Positions 22,810-36,584 are shown, counted from the first letter of the whole stretch. The stretch: DNA of 63,449 nucleotides, filler included, from Rhabdomonas costata (GCA_019059605.1; 32 parts of 32 records of this genome joined end to end with filler, not necessarily neighbours in it); one strand, 5' to 3'. Numbers and translations: made by a program. Notes: generated from the sequence alone by a model not told the origin.

Positions 22810-24884
22810 AGGGGCGTGGAGTACATTCTTGTGGTGGGGCGGTCGGTATATTATTGAGCCGTCGTTGTTAATTTAAACGCTTTTCGGGGTGTGCTTGTAT
22901 CGGTCAATTTCGGGTATAACCTGAATGCTGCGACATTGGCATGTAGCCTTTTTCTTTCTCGAGTCCTCGGGTTTTGCATACTCTCTGCCCGAGCTTCTGT
23001 CGATGCTTTTTCGCTGTGGTAGATGTCTCCATTTCGCACCATGAGGTCTTTGCAACGCTGCAATGCGTGCGTGCGTTGTGAACTTCTGTGATGGCTCTGA
23101 ACGCAGATCGATGCGTGCTGGTGGACGCACATTATGGGCGCGGTATTGGTTATCTTTCTCGAAGCATTGGCTTTGAATTTGCCAGAGGAGGATTTGTTCA
23201 TTCATTTTGTTTTTTGAAAGCCGCTACGTTCACCCACCATCCCCATTTTTGAAGATGCTGGACCTACTAACGCTCTGTAGGGGTGTCTGAAGGCCCGGTG
23301 TACCGTGGTACGGGTGGTACTCTTGTGCGGGCACTCATCCGTCGGTTGCTGAGTGGTGGGCTGCGCTGGGGCTGGGGCACGTGCATGAGTGCCGCATGGT
23401 GGCTTCCGTGAGCTGGCGTCGTCGCCCATTCAGTCCTGGTTCCTCTGGGGACTCCCCGTCTTCTCCAGGATCCGTGACCACCGGATGGGTAGTGGTGTGA
23501 AGGGGAGGCGCTTCACGCATGCCTCGCTCCCTGACCAATGCGGGGCGCGCTTAGGTGGCGAACCCCGGCTGCCCGGTCCGGGGTGCTGACTGGCCACATC
23601 ATTCGGGGGAAAGAATAACGCAAAAGGCGAAGAGCGAGATCTTCTTGCCACACCAGCTAACTTCCTGGAGTTAGAGGGCGATCTGCAAGTCCACTCCAAA
23701 CGCGTCGATTTGTTGGACTGCAAGCCAGCAACCCACNNNNNNNNNNNNNNNNNNNNNNNNNNNNNNNNNNNNNNNNNNNNTTAATTAATTAANNNNNNNN
23801 NNNNNNNNNNNNNNNNNNNNNNNNNNNNNNNNNNNNTGGTTGGAGTGGAGATACTGCGACCACGGGCGAGGTGAGGAAACCGACCCCACAGTTGTCTCCG
23901 TGAATGCCCGCTCTGGTGGATGGCACCGGGTGGCCGTGGTGCAACGTCCAGCCCCGGCGACGTAGTGCGCCTCGAGCTGCCTACAGGGGAGTGTCGAGAG
24001 CTTGGTTTCATGGAGAGCGTCCAGTGGAATGAGTGGTGCCAAGTGATCCTGTACTCACCAGGACACATTCTAGGTGCCCACCAGCAACAAACGCGTGGAG
24101 GACCCATGTATCTCACAGGTAGAGACTGGTAAAGCCCACGTGGCCCCGATGATGGGACGTAGTGGCCAGAATATGTGGTTATTGTGACTGGGTGAGGTCC
24201 GCCCATGCTTGGATATGCGACGCTCGTTCACCTACGTGGCGCCAGGATGCTGGCCAGGGCGTCGGCGCCAGCGTCTTCTCTGTCCGATGAGCGTTCATGT
24301 TCCAGGCTGCGCGTGCCATTGATCCGTTGCCCCACTCAGGCGAGGTGCGCTCCTCCAGCAGTAGGTCGAGTCTGCCATTCCACTTGAGATCTGCCACATC
24401 TTCCGAAACCAGCTGCAAACGGAGCTCGATGGATTTGCGATGCTCCAGCTTCTCCGCTAGAGCCTGCTGAAGTGTGGCCACCAGGGCTTACAGCGTCGCC
24501 TGGAGAGCAGCAAACTGCGACTGCATGGACCCAAACAAGGCGCCGATATCCGGCGCTCAACCTGCGCCTACCGTACGTGGATGCAGTGAACCAGCAGGAG
24601 GTCTGGGTTGCCACATGAGTGGGGGAGTTGGCGTCGCATGTGCATGTAAAGCGCCTATCCCGGAGAGAAACGCGTCAATGGGCTGGGCGCGCCACTTGGT
24701 GCGTGGCTGACGTTCCCTCGGAGGAGGAGGAGTGGTATGATGAGGATGATGAGCGGCGGAGCAACTAGATGGCTGCGGGTGGAGCGGAGCGGAGGCTCCT
24801 GTGGAGGCAGACGTTGGCGAGGACGGGGCGGAGCGGATGTGGGAGCGTGCGGAAACCACCTGATCATCTACAAAGTCCGGGATT

Positions 24885-25723
24885 GCTGGAAGAGAAGCAC
24901 AACCCACGCACCACCAGAGCACCACCCACGCAACACACGCAGCAACAAAGACCAATAATGACAACATGGTACCCACACTGTATCTAATACAAACACACAT
25001 AATGAGGGCAGAGTTACAACCACACTTGTAGTTGCAAAACTCCAACAAAAACAACCAGATCACCCAAAACACCCTGCAATCACGGTTGACACCAGAACCC
25101 CCAAACATTGCAAGAATGCAAAAAGCAGAGACACTAATTATAATTTATATATACCATCACACGCTCCATTCGCTATCATCTAACCAGAAATTGAACACCG
25201 TGACACAACCTGTCTTATCTTCCCAGAACAACCGCTAAACTGTGTTTCTCAAACAAAGCACCAAAGAAACCACGAGAACTACGGATACCGCACTAACCCA
25301 CTTCAGCACCAACGAGGCAGTAACCAGAAACATAAAATACCGCGGCAAAGGAGGCAGGATTAAGACGGGGATATAAGGCCGATATCAAATGCAGAAACCT
25401 GAACCACAGACACGAAGACCCTATACAGAGAAGCAAAGTGGATGCCGTCTATGCCTAAAAACCAACACCCAAATACCCGAAGACAAGATCACACAACAGA
25501 ATCACGAACACCGAAACTCTCAAACCAACCCCAGTGAAGCGTAAAACCAACAGTCAATGATAATTGTAAACTTAACTCAGAGATGTCAGAAACCTCTTGA
25601 ATAATATTACATTACTGGAATTGAAGACTTCTGTTACCAAGAGCAAATATTCTCTAACAGCGAACAAAATGCTTCGCTATAACTACCAACAAATAATAAA
25701 ACCTAAATTATAAAACACCAACA
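24885..25723 (-). other. Strand-skewed segment, possibly mitochondrion-derived, with weak nad4L-like and nad1-like hydrophobic frames
   Basis: Abrupt switch to an A/C-rich + strand. LFLLEFC...GTMLSLLVFVAAC shows nad4L-like spacing and FLHLISALYPRL resembles nad1. Similarity is weak. Confidence 0.3.
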
Positions 25724-26473
25724 NNNNNNNNNNNNNNNNNNNNNNNNNNNNNNNNNNNNNNNNNNNNTTAATTAATTAANNNNNNNNNNNNNNNNNNNNN
25801 NNNNNNNNNNNNNNNNNNNNNNNGGTGTTGTGTAGTGCCCATGCTGTGGTGACCCTTCCCCCATCTAAGCCGGGTGCGGCGTGCAGAAGAGATGGGGAGA
25901 AGATATTTCGGGGTTTTGATTTTGGTTGCGCCGAATCGTTTCAGTACATGGTGTTACTTTGTTTGCTCGCAGCCTAATTGCTTCGCTGTTGTCATGTCAC
26001 ATGGAATGTCCTATTATTCGGCTTGAAACCGGGGTTGTTCCATCAAAAACCTTGCCTTTTTCTCGTTGTTTTATTCTTGTCATACATACACATGATTCGC
26101 TTTCATCATTTTTCCGTTGGCTGGGATATCAACCTTCTTGGGTCGATATGGTTCGTGTTTGACCACTCTGGTTCTCTGGTGGTCTTCTGGGATCGATGGA
26201 AAGTGAATTGAACTCCAAGTTGGCTTAAATGGTGATGCCGTGAAAAAATGAGTCGAACTAACGAAATTGAAGGTGGGTCTGCAATTGTTGGTGAGAAGAG
26301 AAACCATTTTCCCCCATGATCTGGAAGGATCTGGAGGTGCGATAGACGTGCGGTTTGGAGGGCGGTTAGGAAAATGTATGTGGAGGGTGAGGGGTCCTCA
26401 AAAGGCCTGACAACGAGACCTTACCTCCGGCACAAGAGCGTGACCGTTTGCGCCATCCTTTTGCTTGTCTCAG

Positions 26474-27244
26474 GAGCCTTTCGCCCCCGCAACAAGAGCA
26501 GCGCGCCGCCCCCACCCGAGGAGGACCCAGAGGTCACTCGGGTGGGGCGGTACCGGATCCGCGTCCCCGGCCCCAGCGATCACGTCGAGGCCCCTGGGCT
26601 GGCCGGGCCCTTCCTGGAACCCAGCCGAGGGCTCGTCGTGATGGCTCGAGTCCAAGACGTCGACGACATCGGGTAAGTGAATTGTGATAAGGCAGTTTTA
26701 CAGAAAGGTGGTGGCATTTTACCCCATGTGCGTTTGAGGCCTCGACCTACTCGCTGTGTTAATGTCGTGAGCCTGGTGGGAATGGTAGTTGGGAAGCGAG
26801 GATGGTTTTCCATGGACCGAGAGTGGGGATATTGGTCGCCAGTAGGGGGTGCTCCTCCGCTGCAATTTTAACTCGCCGCCATTTTTTCTTGGGCTCGCCA
26901 TTTATTCTCTTCGTTTTCCATTCCCGCTCATCTTGACAGGTTGCTTCTCTCCTTGGTTTGCTCTTTGGTGCTTCGGGACAATTTGTCATTGGCTGGGATT
27001 GTTATGCAGTTACAGAAGCGTAAAGGAACGGAGGGCTTTTGGATCTGAAACCCACCGCAGAGGCTGCTCCGACCCGGGGCGTTTTGGAGTCGCACGGGGT
27101 GGTTTGTGTTGCCTTAGGGTGACAGTGGTCATCCCTGCCTTTGGGGAGCTCCTCGGGTACATGGCCGCGGATGAAGCCTCCAGGAACGCCCGACGGCCCA
27201 CCAGAGCGCGGGGATCGAAGCGAAACGTCTATGTCGGTGAGGAG
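26474..27244 (+). CDS. Divergent eIF2alpha-like S1-domain protein, exons 26474-26672 and 27118-27244
   Basis: Spliced FLEPSRGLVVMARVQDVDDIG|VTVVIPAFGELLGYMAADEASRNARRPTRARGSKRNVYVGEE parallels eIF2alpha P..DVVMV.V..I.EMGAYV.L.EY...EGMI..SELSRRRIRS..K...VG..E. Confidence 0.6.
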
Positions 27245-28097
27245 GTTTGACTGCTGAGTGGTGTCTGGCTGGGGGTGATGATGTGAGGTAGCCTGGTACG
27301 ATCCTATCCTTTCCTGGGCCGGTACCATGGCTTTTTTTTTGGCTTTCGTTTCTGGCTTCATTGCGTGGGTGAAAGGATTTTTATCTCCGACGAAACACCA
27401 AACATTGGAGTTCAGGTGTTCACCGGTCAGGGAGCATCACAATGCAAAGGAAAGAAGGAACAGAATGCGCAAGCACACAAACAAGAACAACCGCTAAAAC
27501 TCCAGAAGTTCTGCAGTGAAAAACACATAGTAGGGAGCAGCATCAAGCGGCATTCGGCCTTCCTCATATCTTCCAAACTCTCCCACTCCCGATCCCTCGC
27601 CCCCAAGCTGTGCAAAATCCCGCAGTGAAGGAAAACAGCAAACCAGAATCGCATCCCCCCCCCAAAAAAAAATACAGTGAGCCGTACTTAGATGGAAGTA
27701 GAAAACACCNNNNNNNNNNNNNNNNNNNNNNNNNNNNNNNNNNNNNNNNNNNNTTAATTAATTAANNNNNNNNNNNNNNNNNNNNNNNNNNNNNNNNNNN
27801 NNNNNNNNNTGTGTTTTTGCCCTATTTTTGGAACCCACCATGCAATCGTCTTCTTTGTGGTGAGTAGCAGACGAAAACAAGGACAGTTCAGGGCCAAAGT
27901 TAACTTTGGAGGCTTTGCCTGGTCAGGTCAGGGTTTTTTGAAAAGCTCATTGCCCCAGCGCCACACCCATAAGCAAAAGAGACTGCAGTGCGTACCGCAC
28001 TTATATTTTTCCTTCCATGGTATTCATGGCGTGGTATCATCTTCTAGTTTTGCCTGCGCATTGTCTTCCTCATCTTCTGCGGGCTTTTCTTTTGTAG

Positions 28098-28167
28098 TCA
28101 ACACTGCCGCTGGCGCTGACAATGGCGGCGCTTGCACCCCCGCAAACAGCACCACCAACAGCACCAC

Positions 28168-28199
<32 letters not shown>

Positions 28200-28337
28200 A
28201 TACCGTGGTCATTGTTGTCCCGATTGTGGTGGTTGTGGTCGTGGTCGCGCTGCTGGTGGTGTTCGCGACGTGTGTTTGGATGTGGTGGCAGCGGGAGCGC
28301 CACCAAGGAGTGGGAGGAATGCTCCGGCCGGGCGCAG
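28098..28337 (+). CDS. Exon of a single-pass membrane protein (Asn/Ser/Thr linker + TM helix) containing an (AGC)n repeat
   Basis: AG...GTATGC-bounded exon encoding NSTTNSTTNSSSSSSSSSNTVVIVVPIVVVVVVVALLVVFATCVWMWWQRER. Confidence 0.6.
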
Positions 28338-31300
28338 GTATGCGGCCACCAATCCATCCAACCCACGCGGAAAGAAGCGGCGCAAAAAAAAATGCCGCAT
28401 AGCTTTTAGAGAGGCCTTTGTTTCTAATACACCCCCTCAGGCCTGCTTCGCCCTGGAAGAATTAAATATGTTTGGATATTTGCATACGGATTTTCACTGC
28501 GGGACAGTTCCCCCGGAATCTCTGAATAGATTGCAGTGAAAAGCAACCAATGCTGTTGCGGATCCTGTAATGATTGTGGTAGAGCTTTGGGGTCACAAGG
28601 GCAGCTCTGACCACGCAAACCACGCAAACCAAGTGGTGGTCGCCAGTGAATGGCATTTCGGCTCCCGCTGCATTGCGGTATGGTGACATGTTGAGCTCGG
28701 GCGCTTCTTTATGTTCCCTTCCAGATCGAAGGCAGTCCACGGTTATAGTGCCACTCATCGCCGACGAAAACCTCCGCCGAGCCGGTTTGACGTGTGACGT
28801 GGGCGGAACGAGAGCAGTGAAAATCGGGTTTCTGTGGTGTCGCGCAACCTCGGCTTGTCCATGATAGCAAATCCCTCTCGCTGCCAAAAAAAAAAGCAAC
28901 GAAAGCTGAAGCGGAATGCACAATGCATCTTGGTGAAGAACGTTGTTACCCAAGCTGGCTGCATGGTATGGTGCGCAGGAGTCTGTAATGGTGAACTCCT
29001 TCGTAACTCGAATAGCCGCGGTTTTTGATTGACATTGACAGGCTGTATCTTCACCTCGGTCCTCTTTGGCCACCCTCCTGCTGGTTGTCGTTTCCCTCTC
29101 ACATCCATGCTTCCTTCTTGTTCCGTGCAGGGTCCATTGTGCCGTTTCCGTCAGCCCCTTTCGAGGTATTCTGTGTGTGTTGGTGGCTGGGCACTGACGA
29201 GCGAAATGTGCTATGATCGCGTTGTGTTATGATCGCGTTGGTGTGGGGCGCCCCAGATACGAAGCAGACGGATCCCCACAAGCAAACCAGGGCAAATCGA
29301 ATTGAGGAAAAGGGTTCCTAACTCGCGATTCCAGCTGCTCTCAAAAGTGAGGGTGAGTGGCTAATGCACTTTCCAGTTGTGTTGTGGCTTTTCAGGCCCC
29401 TGCTCAGGAAAAAGCTGGTGACGCGAAGGGTTAGTGCCTTGCCCATCTGCCTCTCTTTTATTTCACCGCGCGTTTTCTCCTGTGCCATATATGCCCGTAT
29501 CTCGCATCTTGTAGTTTGTCAAAGTCTTGCGGAAGCCTGTCCCGTTGGTTTTTATCCCTTTCCGTTGGGGTCCACGGGATCACAAGGCGGTGTAACCGTG
29601 AGCTGCACGACGACGATTCTAGCGGTTCGGGGATTCCTCTAACCCCAGTCACGCTTACCGCTTACCGATGCTGTGCACCTACGTTTTCAGCCCATCNNNN
29701 NNNNNNNNNNNNNNNNNNNNNNNNNNNNNNNNNNNNNNNNTTAATTAATTAANNNNNNNNNNNNNNNNNNNNNNNNNNNNNNNNNNNNNNNNNNNNTATA
29801 TATATATATATATCTATATGTCTCTATACTACTATCTCTTCCGTTATGATCTCCACAAATACCTCGTATATAGAAAACCCTTTCCTCTCCTTAGACACTT
29901 TGAAATTTTCGATAACTACAAACACCAACTTCATTCACTCACAGACTCTCCTTAAGAACATTTTCTTGCGGTTTTCATTCACATTGCTAACTGGACGGCT
30001 CAGCTGACTTAGTTTCAATCAGCATCGGCTTGCGATACATTACGAAACTTGTCCAATATGCTGCTTGGTGAATTTTCATGCAGAGAGAGACCAGCCTAGT
30101 GTCACCCAACCTCCCCACAAATGACACTAAAGAGTCCCCAATTTTCAGCTCGTGGTCGCATATCAGCAGTATGGCTTATTATCAGACAGGCTACCTCCTG
30201 CTTTTTTGTGGAAACTGAAATTTCAGTCCTCCCTTTTCGTTCTCATTAGCAGCGGCGTACACAGAACCTGCTGCCTGGTCACCAAACTGCCACTCCAAAA
30301 ATGACGTCGGGCAGCCTCCTCTGGAGAAGGGTGCGCTTCGACACCGTCTACAAGAAAAAACTCTTTGTCAATGTCAAGTTAGTTGGCCACAAAAAATAGC
30401 GGAAAGCGGTCCAATGCCCTCTCCATACACAGCTTACTGCACGTAAATACTGTGATCGAGCCTGAGATAAACCGCTGTAAATGCCCACGGGTGCTTCCAA
30501 CTGCTTTTCAGTGGGTATTTCGTGCTTCATGAGTTGCCAATGACGCATGCATCTTTCTGGAGACAGCACAATATATCACGCGCACATTTGAAACAGCGGC
30601 TTCAAATGCCTAGCAAATGTGCAAACTAGAATAGAGACCGCGGTTCCTCACTTTTTTTTTGCGAGAGAGAACGTGAAGAGATAGACCCTCTGCCGTTACC
30701 AACTTTTCTGGGGAACGGTTGTGCACCATAGCTGTCGTAAATCCTCCGGAGTCTGGAGGCGTTATGTCCTGCATGCTTTTGGTGTGCGTATAGTACACAT
30801 CGGAAACTATTTTGAAAAAGCGGATGAGCTGGTCACTGTGAAGGTTCTTTGTCATAGATAGCTTATTTGCCGGCAGAGATGCTTTTAAAATCGCTTTAGT
30901 TCCTCACCCAGTTCACCAGCTACTCATCCAAATCACCGGGGCATGGCATTCACACCGTTGGGCCAAAGCAGTGTCAACCATTCCACCCAGATCGATTTTC
31001 CATCAGCCTTTAACGCGACAAACCGTAAAAAAAAGAAAGCGGCGCATTCCCACTTTGCATAAATTAAAAAAAAACTCGGGGAAAAAGTCCTTAACAAGTT
31101 TTTTGAAGCCAAAAAAACGGGATTAAACCGAATAAGCCTAATACACTTGCAAAGAAAATAAGTCGATTTGTTTTTGTTCCTCTCGATCTCATTTTTTTTT
31201 GGCCATGACAACCACGATTTACACATGATGTTGCACGTTTTGGAAACCAGTACTTGAAATAGGTTCATCATTTTCCTTAAAGTAATGCATATCAAGTGCC

Positions 31301-31592
31301 AAAAACCCATGAATGTAAAGGATGGGTATGTACCGGGCGTGCCGTGGATATTCCTCTAACGTGCTTTTCGGGCGGGAAAGGGGTTCTTCGGACTAAAAAT
31401 CGACCATCCGAGGTGTCCCTGCATAGGTTTTATGCCAAAATAATAGATTTGCACGCGGAGCCATGCGACGCCCGCAGGCAAAACTCCAAAACGCGCCCAA
31501 AGTACACCACAAGCCCCCTTAAAAACGGCCTATTCCAGCCTTCCACTCAAATACAACGCTTCGCAAAACTGGATTAAACACGTGGGATTTGA

Positions 31593-31671
31593 GGCCATAA
31601 AAAAATCCAGACCAGTCGGACATAAGACCGGCCAGGTCTTATGTCCGACTGGTCTGGATTTTTTTATGGCC
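31593..31671. repeat. Terminal perfect palindrome, probable fold-back artefact
   Basis: 37-bp arms with a 5-nt loop at the contig end. Confidence 0.85.
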
Positions 31672-31785
31672 ACAAACCCCNNNNNNNNNNNNNNNNNNNN
31701 NNNNNNNNNNNNNNNNNNNNNNNNTTAATTAATTAANNNNNNNNNNNNNNNNNNNNNNNNNNNNNNNNNNNNNNNNNNNNGTGGG

Positions 31786-31861
31786 TTTGTATTACTTTAG
31801 TATGCAAATCTGGTATGAAAGTCACATTTCATACCAGATTTGCATACTAAAGTAATACAAA
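31786..31861. repeat. Terminal perfect palindrome, probable fold-back artefact
   Basis: 35-bp arms with a 6-nt loop at the contig start. Confidence 0.85.
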
Positions 31862-32182
31862 CATTCCTCCGAGCATTGCTATCTTCATTTCGTTGCTTTC
31901 GAAGAGAATCTAAACCAAACCAACAAAAAACCCAACATTATAAGTGGTCTACATAATTATGAAGCAAAAGGATGTTTGTTTGTCGTTTCCGTCGAGACTC
32001 TTCTCGCAGCGTGTTGTGCTCCGAACGAGGCGAATGTCCAATTCTTTCTTCGTCCACGGCAAACGTTTTCCATCGCAGTCCCATCGCAGTGGTAATCGAT
32101 CTCGCTTTGAATGGGTCGAGAAAGGTGGGAACCCCGTTTCCTTGCTTTTTTAATCACTTATTTTGACTGCAAATTGCTCCAG

Positions 32183-33666
32183 CGGTGCCAGTGACGAAGT
32201 CCCTGACCATCATCGGGGAGTGCGTGGAGGGCGGCACGCTGACCGTGGAGGGCGAATTCGAGTGGACCTCTCCAGAGGCCTGCTTGTTCACGTGGTACCG
32301 CAGGGAGCCAGACGGAACACTGACCAAAGTTAGCGGTAGCTCCTGCCTGTAATTCACACCAACACCCTCCTTTCTGAATCTGTATGGACCTTGTAACCCC
32401 AAAGCGTGCTGGGGAGAACTGTATCTTCATACCACGATTTTTTTAACGGTTTTGCACACAAACCAGTGGGAGCTTTGCATGTTCCCCTCGCACAGCATTT
32501 TTTCTTCTTTGACTTAGCGACGCCCGGTTTCTTTCCATTCCATTCCATATTCCTTATTTCCAAGTCCGGACGTGTTTGCTGTTTCCATACAGACGGCTCG
32601 GCCACCTACGCCGTGGGTGCGGCGGATTGTGACCGCCCCTTGGTGGCCGAGGTCACCCCTGTGGGCCCGACTGGCGCAAAGGGAGAGCCCGCGCAGTGCA
32701 CCACGCCCCCCGTGACATGCGGTGCGTTTCATGGTCAGCTTGGTGTCCTTCCTATAACCTTCGCATTCGCTTTCGTCCTTCAATGCTGCTAGACCGTCAA
32801 GTTTTCCTCTGTTTTCCGGCAGGGGCTGGTCCTGCTGTTGCTATTGACAGTGTACCTTTTTCTGTGAGTATGCTATATCCTTACTGTTCCCCTACTGTGC
32901 CTCTTTTCTCACACATGCTGAGCTCATTCGAAGTTCGGATCCTATATTGCGTTGAGAACGGAGCGGACGCTTCTTTCCCGCACATTAGCAGCCAGGACGT
33001 TCTGGGCTTAAGTAATGGTGGATGGTTCAGAGTGCCTTGGGCGTTTCTTCTCTGCCAAGGTCTTTGGTGCTGGGTGTTGTGATGGATGGCGTTGGCGTCC
33101 CCATCGAAGAGGATGTTGGGCTCGCAGGAGGAGAGTGGAGGGCGATGCACATAAAAAGGCGAGACAAGCACGAGGGGGGGTGACGAGCCCCTCACACAGG
33201 CTTGAGTAAAAATAGGACATGTCGAGGACATGTCATGGACAGGTCGAGTTTTATTGTTGCCGATTGATTTCTTTTTTGTTGAGGTTAATATGCTGCCTAT
33301 AGGCTTCGAACTTGCATTACAATTAGCTCGTGTGAAATAAGAAATTGGCTGTCACACGTGACATTCTAGTGACGGTTTCTCATTCCCGATGTGTTCGTAT
33401 GTGCGGACTGCCTCCGACGGTTGCAATGGATGCCGCACCTACCAGAGGTTTTCCGCCGCCCCTGCTCTTCATGCCGCCTCTCGCGCAGGCCCCCCGGCGT
33501 TCCACTCCGTTTCCCTGTCGGGGTCTCCCGTGGAGGGCAAGGCCCTCACCCTCAGCCTGATCTACTCCGGGGGCCGGCCTGGGCCTCACCTCCTGCAGTG
33601 GCTGCGCAAGCCCCTGACCTCCGCGGCTGCCCCTGTGGTAGTGTTCTCGGAGACCTCCACACAACC
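32183..33666 (+). CDS. AIR9-like protein with tandem A9 Ig-like repeats, exons 32183-32335, 32593-32721, 33489-33666
   Basis: PVTKSLTIIGECVEGGTLTV...FTWYR...|ATYAVGAADCDRPLVAEVTPVGPTGAKGEP...|PPAFHSVSLSGSPVEGKALTLSLIYSGGRPG...QWLR; the phase-1 GT-AG introns are consistent. Confidence 0.75.
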
Positions 33667-35752
33667 NNNNNNNNNNNNNNNNNNNNNNNNNNNNNNNNNN
33701 NNNNNNNNNNTTAATTAATTAANNNNNNNNNNNNNNNNNNNNNNNNNNNNNNNNNNNNNNNNNNNNAGCCAGCCACTTCAAAAGTGTAGCGGTATTTGTC
33801 CCACTGACCATCTGAAATGGTGGAGCCAAGAAACTTACAGAGTCATCGCGTACAAATGACAAACGTGTGCGCAAAACTGATTCAAGAATGGCTAAATGGA
33901 TGTGTTGTGCAGAGTAATACAATTTGCAAGCAAACGTACAGGGGCTCAGTAAACTCAAAGCAGTATGTGGAACTACAGCAACCAGACGGTCCAACAAACC
34001 ATGAGTCCCGCCAACGTTTTAAGCTGTAATCCTAAAAAGGCCCTACGTAGTATCAAAGAGCCTGAGATACTGGAACTAGAGAAGCTATGCCAAGAGAACC
34101 CTAATCATGAACCAAAACGATCTAATTAGCCCAATTGAGTGTGATGCCCTGATGCTCAAAAAGTGTAAAGAGCTCGGAAAGTGCTTGAGAAAGTATCGCA
34201 GGTGTGCCAATCAGATGGCCGTAAGGGGAAAGAGAGCCCAGAGATAAGAAAGCTGGCCAAGTGGGTCACCTTGCTGCACCTTTGCGTGAAGGAATCACTC
34301 CAGACATTGTATACAAGGGGGTGTGTACAGTAACACCAGTCATCCAAATGGACTATAGCGGAGCGCGCTTGCAAATCTCTAAGAGAAACAAATCTCTGTG
34401 AAGTGAGTTGAAGAATTCTATCTAAACTAAGCAAAGACTCCCTGAGTTGTTTGAACGTCAATCGCGCACCACGTGCACTATCATATTAAAGACGTTGGTA
34501 TACAAACACCTACATAACATTGTGCCAGGATGGAGGTGAGTAACTGTGACTGTTCTACAAGCAAGGCTTTTCACACACACATCCTGAGCGTTTCGTCCAC
34601 ATAATTTAGTTTGTTTGTTAGGTAAACTATGTCAGCCTAACCACTTTACAACATCCAGATAAACCTGCAACGTTTTTGTCACAGATAGTGTCTTTTTACA
34701 ACAAATGAAGCAAACTCAGAGTGCAAGTCATAAGATAACTCAAGAATTACTGCACAGTGTGACTTCAGGATTGCCTAAACCACCGGAGACAACTTGACAG
34801 AAAGACCAAATTGAATACTTGACAAAATTTAGTAAAAGAGTTTACTCTTAGTTGACTCTTAGTTGACATAATACGACGGGGACAACAGCCAAATTGTTGC
34901 CTTATGTGATTAAATTTTAACAGTTAAAAGATGAATGAATGTTTAGAGATCTATTATCTATAGTGTACGCCGCAGGAGAATTGGCTTTTTTCAAGTGGTA
35001 TAATGTAGCTGGTCAATACGCAAAGAAGAAGATACTTTGCCATCAGACTTGGGATTATAATGTAGTGTCGAGGCTTGAAGACCCAAAATTTCCAATTCTA
35101 CCACAAGCATTTTTTCACGAGAGTTAAACTTCCACAAGGCACGATGTTTTAAAACGAGACGCTACAGCGGTATTTGTACGTTAGAAGCTATTAGATATAC
35201 AAAGTGATGTCCAAGAACACGCGGACGCCAAAAAGGCCATGAACAAAATAGCGTCGGATCGTGTTTTGCCGAGACCCACTTGGAAGTTTGAGAAGCCAAT
35301 ACACTCTTCCATGCAGTTGGATATGATAAGTTAAGAATATGCCACGTTTTCTGGAATCACAGATTTCTGAACTTGCAAGATACAGATGACTAGTTAAATG
35401 CGCCCAAAGGACATGCTTTTGGGTTCCAAGTGCAACTGCGGTCAGTTGTGCTTGCTCGATTGTTTGCCGTGTCATCCACACCTTCTTGGGCAGCCAATGT
35501 CCAAGCAAGAGCGGTAATGTTTACCTCAGCACATCACATGCTAATAAAATCAGCTGTATACAGATCACAATAAAATGCATTGGGAGATGTAAATGATATA
35601 GGCCCTATTCTCCAGCGAAAATTGGAGATATGCTAATGCACACCACACCCANNNNNNNNNNNNNNNNNNNNNNNNNNNNNNNNNNNNNNNNNNNNTTAAT
35701 TAATTAANNNNNNNNNNNNNNNNNNNNNNNNNNNNNNNNNNNNNNNNNNNNT

Positions 35753-36584
35753 TCATTTGAAAGAGTATATATAACACATCAAACATTTAAACCTATAGAC
35801 TTTATACTACAATATAAACAAAATGAAACCTATAACATTATACAAAACTATTCTAATATCAATGTTTTTAACGTGACAGAAAAAACCAATTTTGTAACCA
35901 ACACTACAATGACTACAATAACTGGAATGACACATTTTACAAACCTAATAAATCTTCCACAAGGACACACATTTGTTGTTAGCCCCACAAGCAGAAGTGG
36001 CACCAAAGGAGGATATATTGATCTACCAGTAAATTGTAACACAGACAAATATTATAATAATATATGAAATACAAACAAAAATATATTGATTATAAAAACC
36101 AACGTGGAGGTACTAATTTAATTACATATGATAATAAAGTATTTAATGGCTTTCTACCCTCATCATGGAATGTAATACAACCTTTACATAGACAACAAAT
36201 AGAAGAAAACAATGAAATTTTTGTTGAAATACATGAACACGGAATTCTTTTTTACATAGCAAAATATCTTATCAAAAACAGAACTGTTCCAATATATTTA
36301 ATGTATAGACAAGATGGAACCTACAATATTATTATGGATCTTACAGATAGTAAAGGTAACCCGTAAATTTAACAAATTGTGTAAATCCAACTTCATCCAA
36401 GCTGCTTTCAAGTAACACAGAATTTATAGATCATTATGCACATGATGATGGGTACTATGATGCAAAATCTGGTCATTATAAGGATCATAGCGTGGAAAAC
36501 CAAATCCGAGATCATCCTAGCAAAACATGTTTTCAGACTCATGGACTTTTTAGTCATGGAATATGGTACAGACTGACCCGTTAG
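35753..36584 (+). pseudogene. Frameshifted giant-virus-type gene carrying the YxxKYxKYKxKY...GG motif
   Basis: Restoring one base at 36059-36060 gives DKYYN[K]YMKYKQKYIDYKNQRGG. Restoring one base at about 36362 extends the frame by 73 codons to TAG 36582-36584. Confidence 0.75.

Noticed and set aside
28132-28539. Poly-Gln/His ORF
   Set aside because: It is an alternative frame of the AGC repeat; the Ser-linker plus TM frame fits the splice sites.
35035-35075. YNPKSDGK resembling the retroviral integrase YxPxSNG..E motif
   Set aside because: There is no catalytic Glu downstream and no upstream D,D motifs.
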